Assembly: GCF_000619945.1 (NCBI RefSeq)
Contig: NZ_JHVC01000001.1
Span: 579,951 to 603,950 of the forward strand
Direction: 5' to 3'
DNA length: 24,000 bases
Origin: Clostridium lundense DSM 17049
GTDB lineage: Bacteria > Bacillota > Clostridia > Clostridiales > Clostridiaceae
Shown here: piece by piece, positions 23,599 through 24,000 of the stretch
Position numbering within the stretch: the first letter of the stretch is position 1
Layout: each line of letters begins with the position of its first letter
Program-made: the position numbers and the translations under genes
Notes under the pieces: generated by a model
Databases searched by the model: none
What the model saw: the letters and a program-made list of their open reading frames with translations, nothing else
Told to the model about the DNA's origin: nothing

Positions 23599-23695
23599 TT
23601 TTAATTAAACTATTAGCATTTAGTAATAAAATTAGAAAGAAAATAGTATATTTACATATACGGATTATTAAAGTTTAAAGAATGGGGGAGTTTAT

Positions 23696-23878
23696 ATGAG
23701 ATTAGAAGTAACTACTGTGTGGGGAGTTCAAATTCATACTTTAAATTCAAGAGATCTTAAAAGGTTTGAGGAGTGGTATGAAGATAAAATTAGTAGAAAC
23801 ATATTTACCTATTCTAGGGATGGATATGCTTGGCACATAATAAAGCCTCAAGTTAAAGGAATAAAGTATATTGATTGA
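23696..23878 (+). CDS. Hypothetical small protein (60 aa)
   Basis: GGGGGAG RBS sits 6 nt upstream of the ATG. A terminator follows. No motif recognised. Confidence 0.45.
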   Translation: MRLEVTTVWGVQIHTLNSRDLKRFEEWYEDKISRNIFTYSRDGYAWHIIKPQVKGIKYID

Positions 23879-23900
23879 TATAATGAAATTATAGAATAAT

Positions 23901-23946
23901 ACCTCTTTCTATGGAGAAAATAATCCTAGAAAGGGGTGTTTTTTTA
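23901..23946 (+). terminator. Intrinsic terminator
   Basis: Stem ACCTCTTTCTA (23901-23911) / TAGAAAGGGGT (23927-23937, one wobble) followed by GTTTTTTTAT. Confidence 0.75.
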
Positions 23947-23948
23947 TT

Positions 23949-24000
23949 ATGTCAGTAAAACAAAAACTTACCAATAAACAAACTAGTGCTATAGGAATAG
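23949..24000 (+). CDS. Possible 5' end of a gene running off the window
   Basis: ATG 23949 opens a frame (MSVKQKLTNKQTSAIGI...) with no stop before the window end. The RBS is weak or distant. Too short to assess. Confidence 0.25.
   Translation, partial: MSVKQKLTNKQTSAIGI

Noticed and set aside
1-24000. Search for mobile elements, CRISPR arrays, tRNA/rRNA genes, restriction-modification, toxin-antitoxin or other defence systems
   Set aside because: I found no transposase, integrase or recombinase motifs and no terminal inverted repeats. There are no regularly spaced direct repeats, no cloverleaf-capable GC-rich segments and no nuclease/ATPase gene pairs. The lone methyltransferase has no partner endonuclease and looks like a small-molecule/protein MTase.

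Overview
Strongly AT-rich, Clostridium-like (low-GC Firmicute) chromosomal DNA. Genes are mostly on the + strand, with GGAGG-type ribosome-binding sites and clear hairpin plus T-run terminators.

Content in order:
- A partial ORF at the 5' edge.
- A secreted Fn3-GH18 hydrolase (-).
- A HAD hydrolase.
- A SAM methyltransferase (-).
- A 21-codon sigma-factor-like stub directly ahead of an intact membrane anti-sigma-like gene.
- A GNAT acetyltransferase.
- A long M48/HtpX-like protease.
- A decayed signalling locus. A family-2 glycosyltransferase catalytic domain is fused in frame to the C-terminal winged helix of an OmpR-type response regulator, which also carries an in-frame TGA. The cognate histidine kinase is broken twice in its ATPase domain.
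- A small membrane protein ending in CCCCCRRHKHHHHRRCC.
- A Fur-box-decorated iron-uptake cluster: FeoC-like Cys-rich wHTH protein, feoA, feoA, feoB.
- A structured yjdF-type leader plus yjdF.
- An adenine-class purine riboswitch with a terminator platform, plus adenosine deaminase (add).
- An APC permease-amidohydrolase operon behind a sigma-A-like promoter that carries a palindromic operator.
- trkA-trkH.
- A 3' island of small, individually terminated genes. It is centred on an alpha/beta-type SASP and a 200-aa His/Cys/Met/Pro/Tyr-rich tandem-repeat protein (-).

I found no rRNA/tRNA, CRISPR array, transposase/integrase, prophage or recognisable defence or toxin system.

Two things stand out. 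First, there is a set of Cys-run/His-run proteins: the 82-aa membrane protein, the FeoC-like protein and the 200-aa repeat protein. These point to metal handling and/or spore-surface biology. Second, inactivating lesions are concentrated in regulatory genes between about 3.4 and 9.6 kb.

All protein assignments come from motifs read by eye. No database search or RNA-folding program was run.
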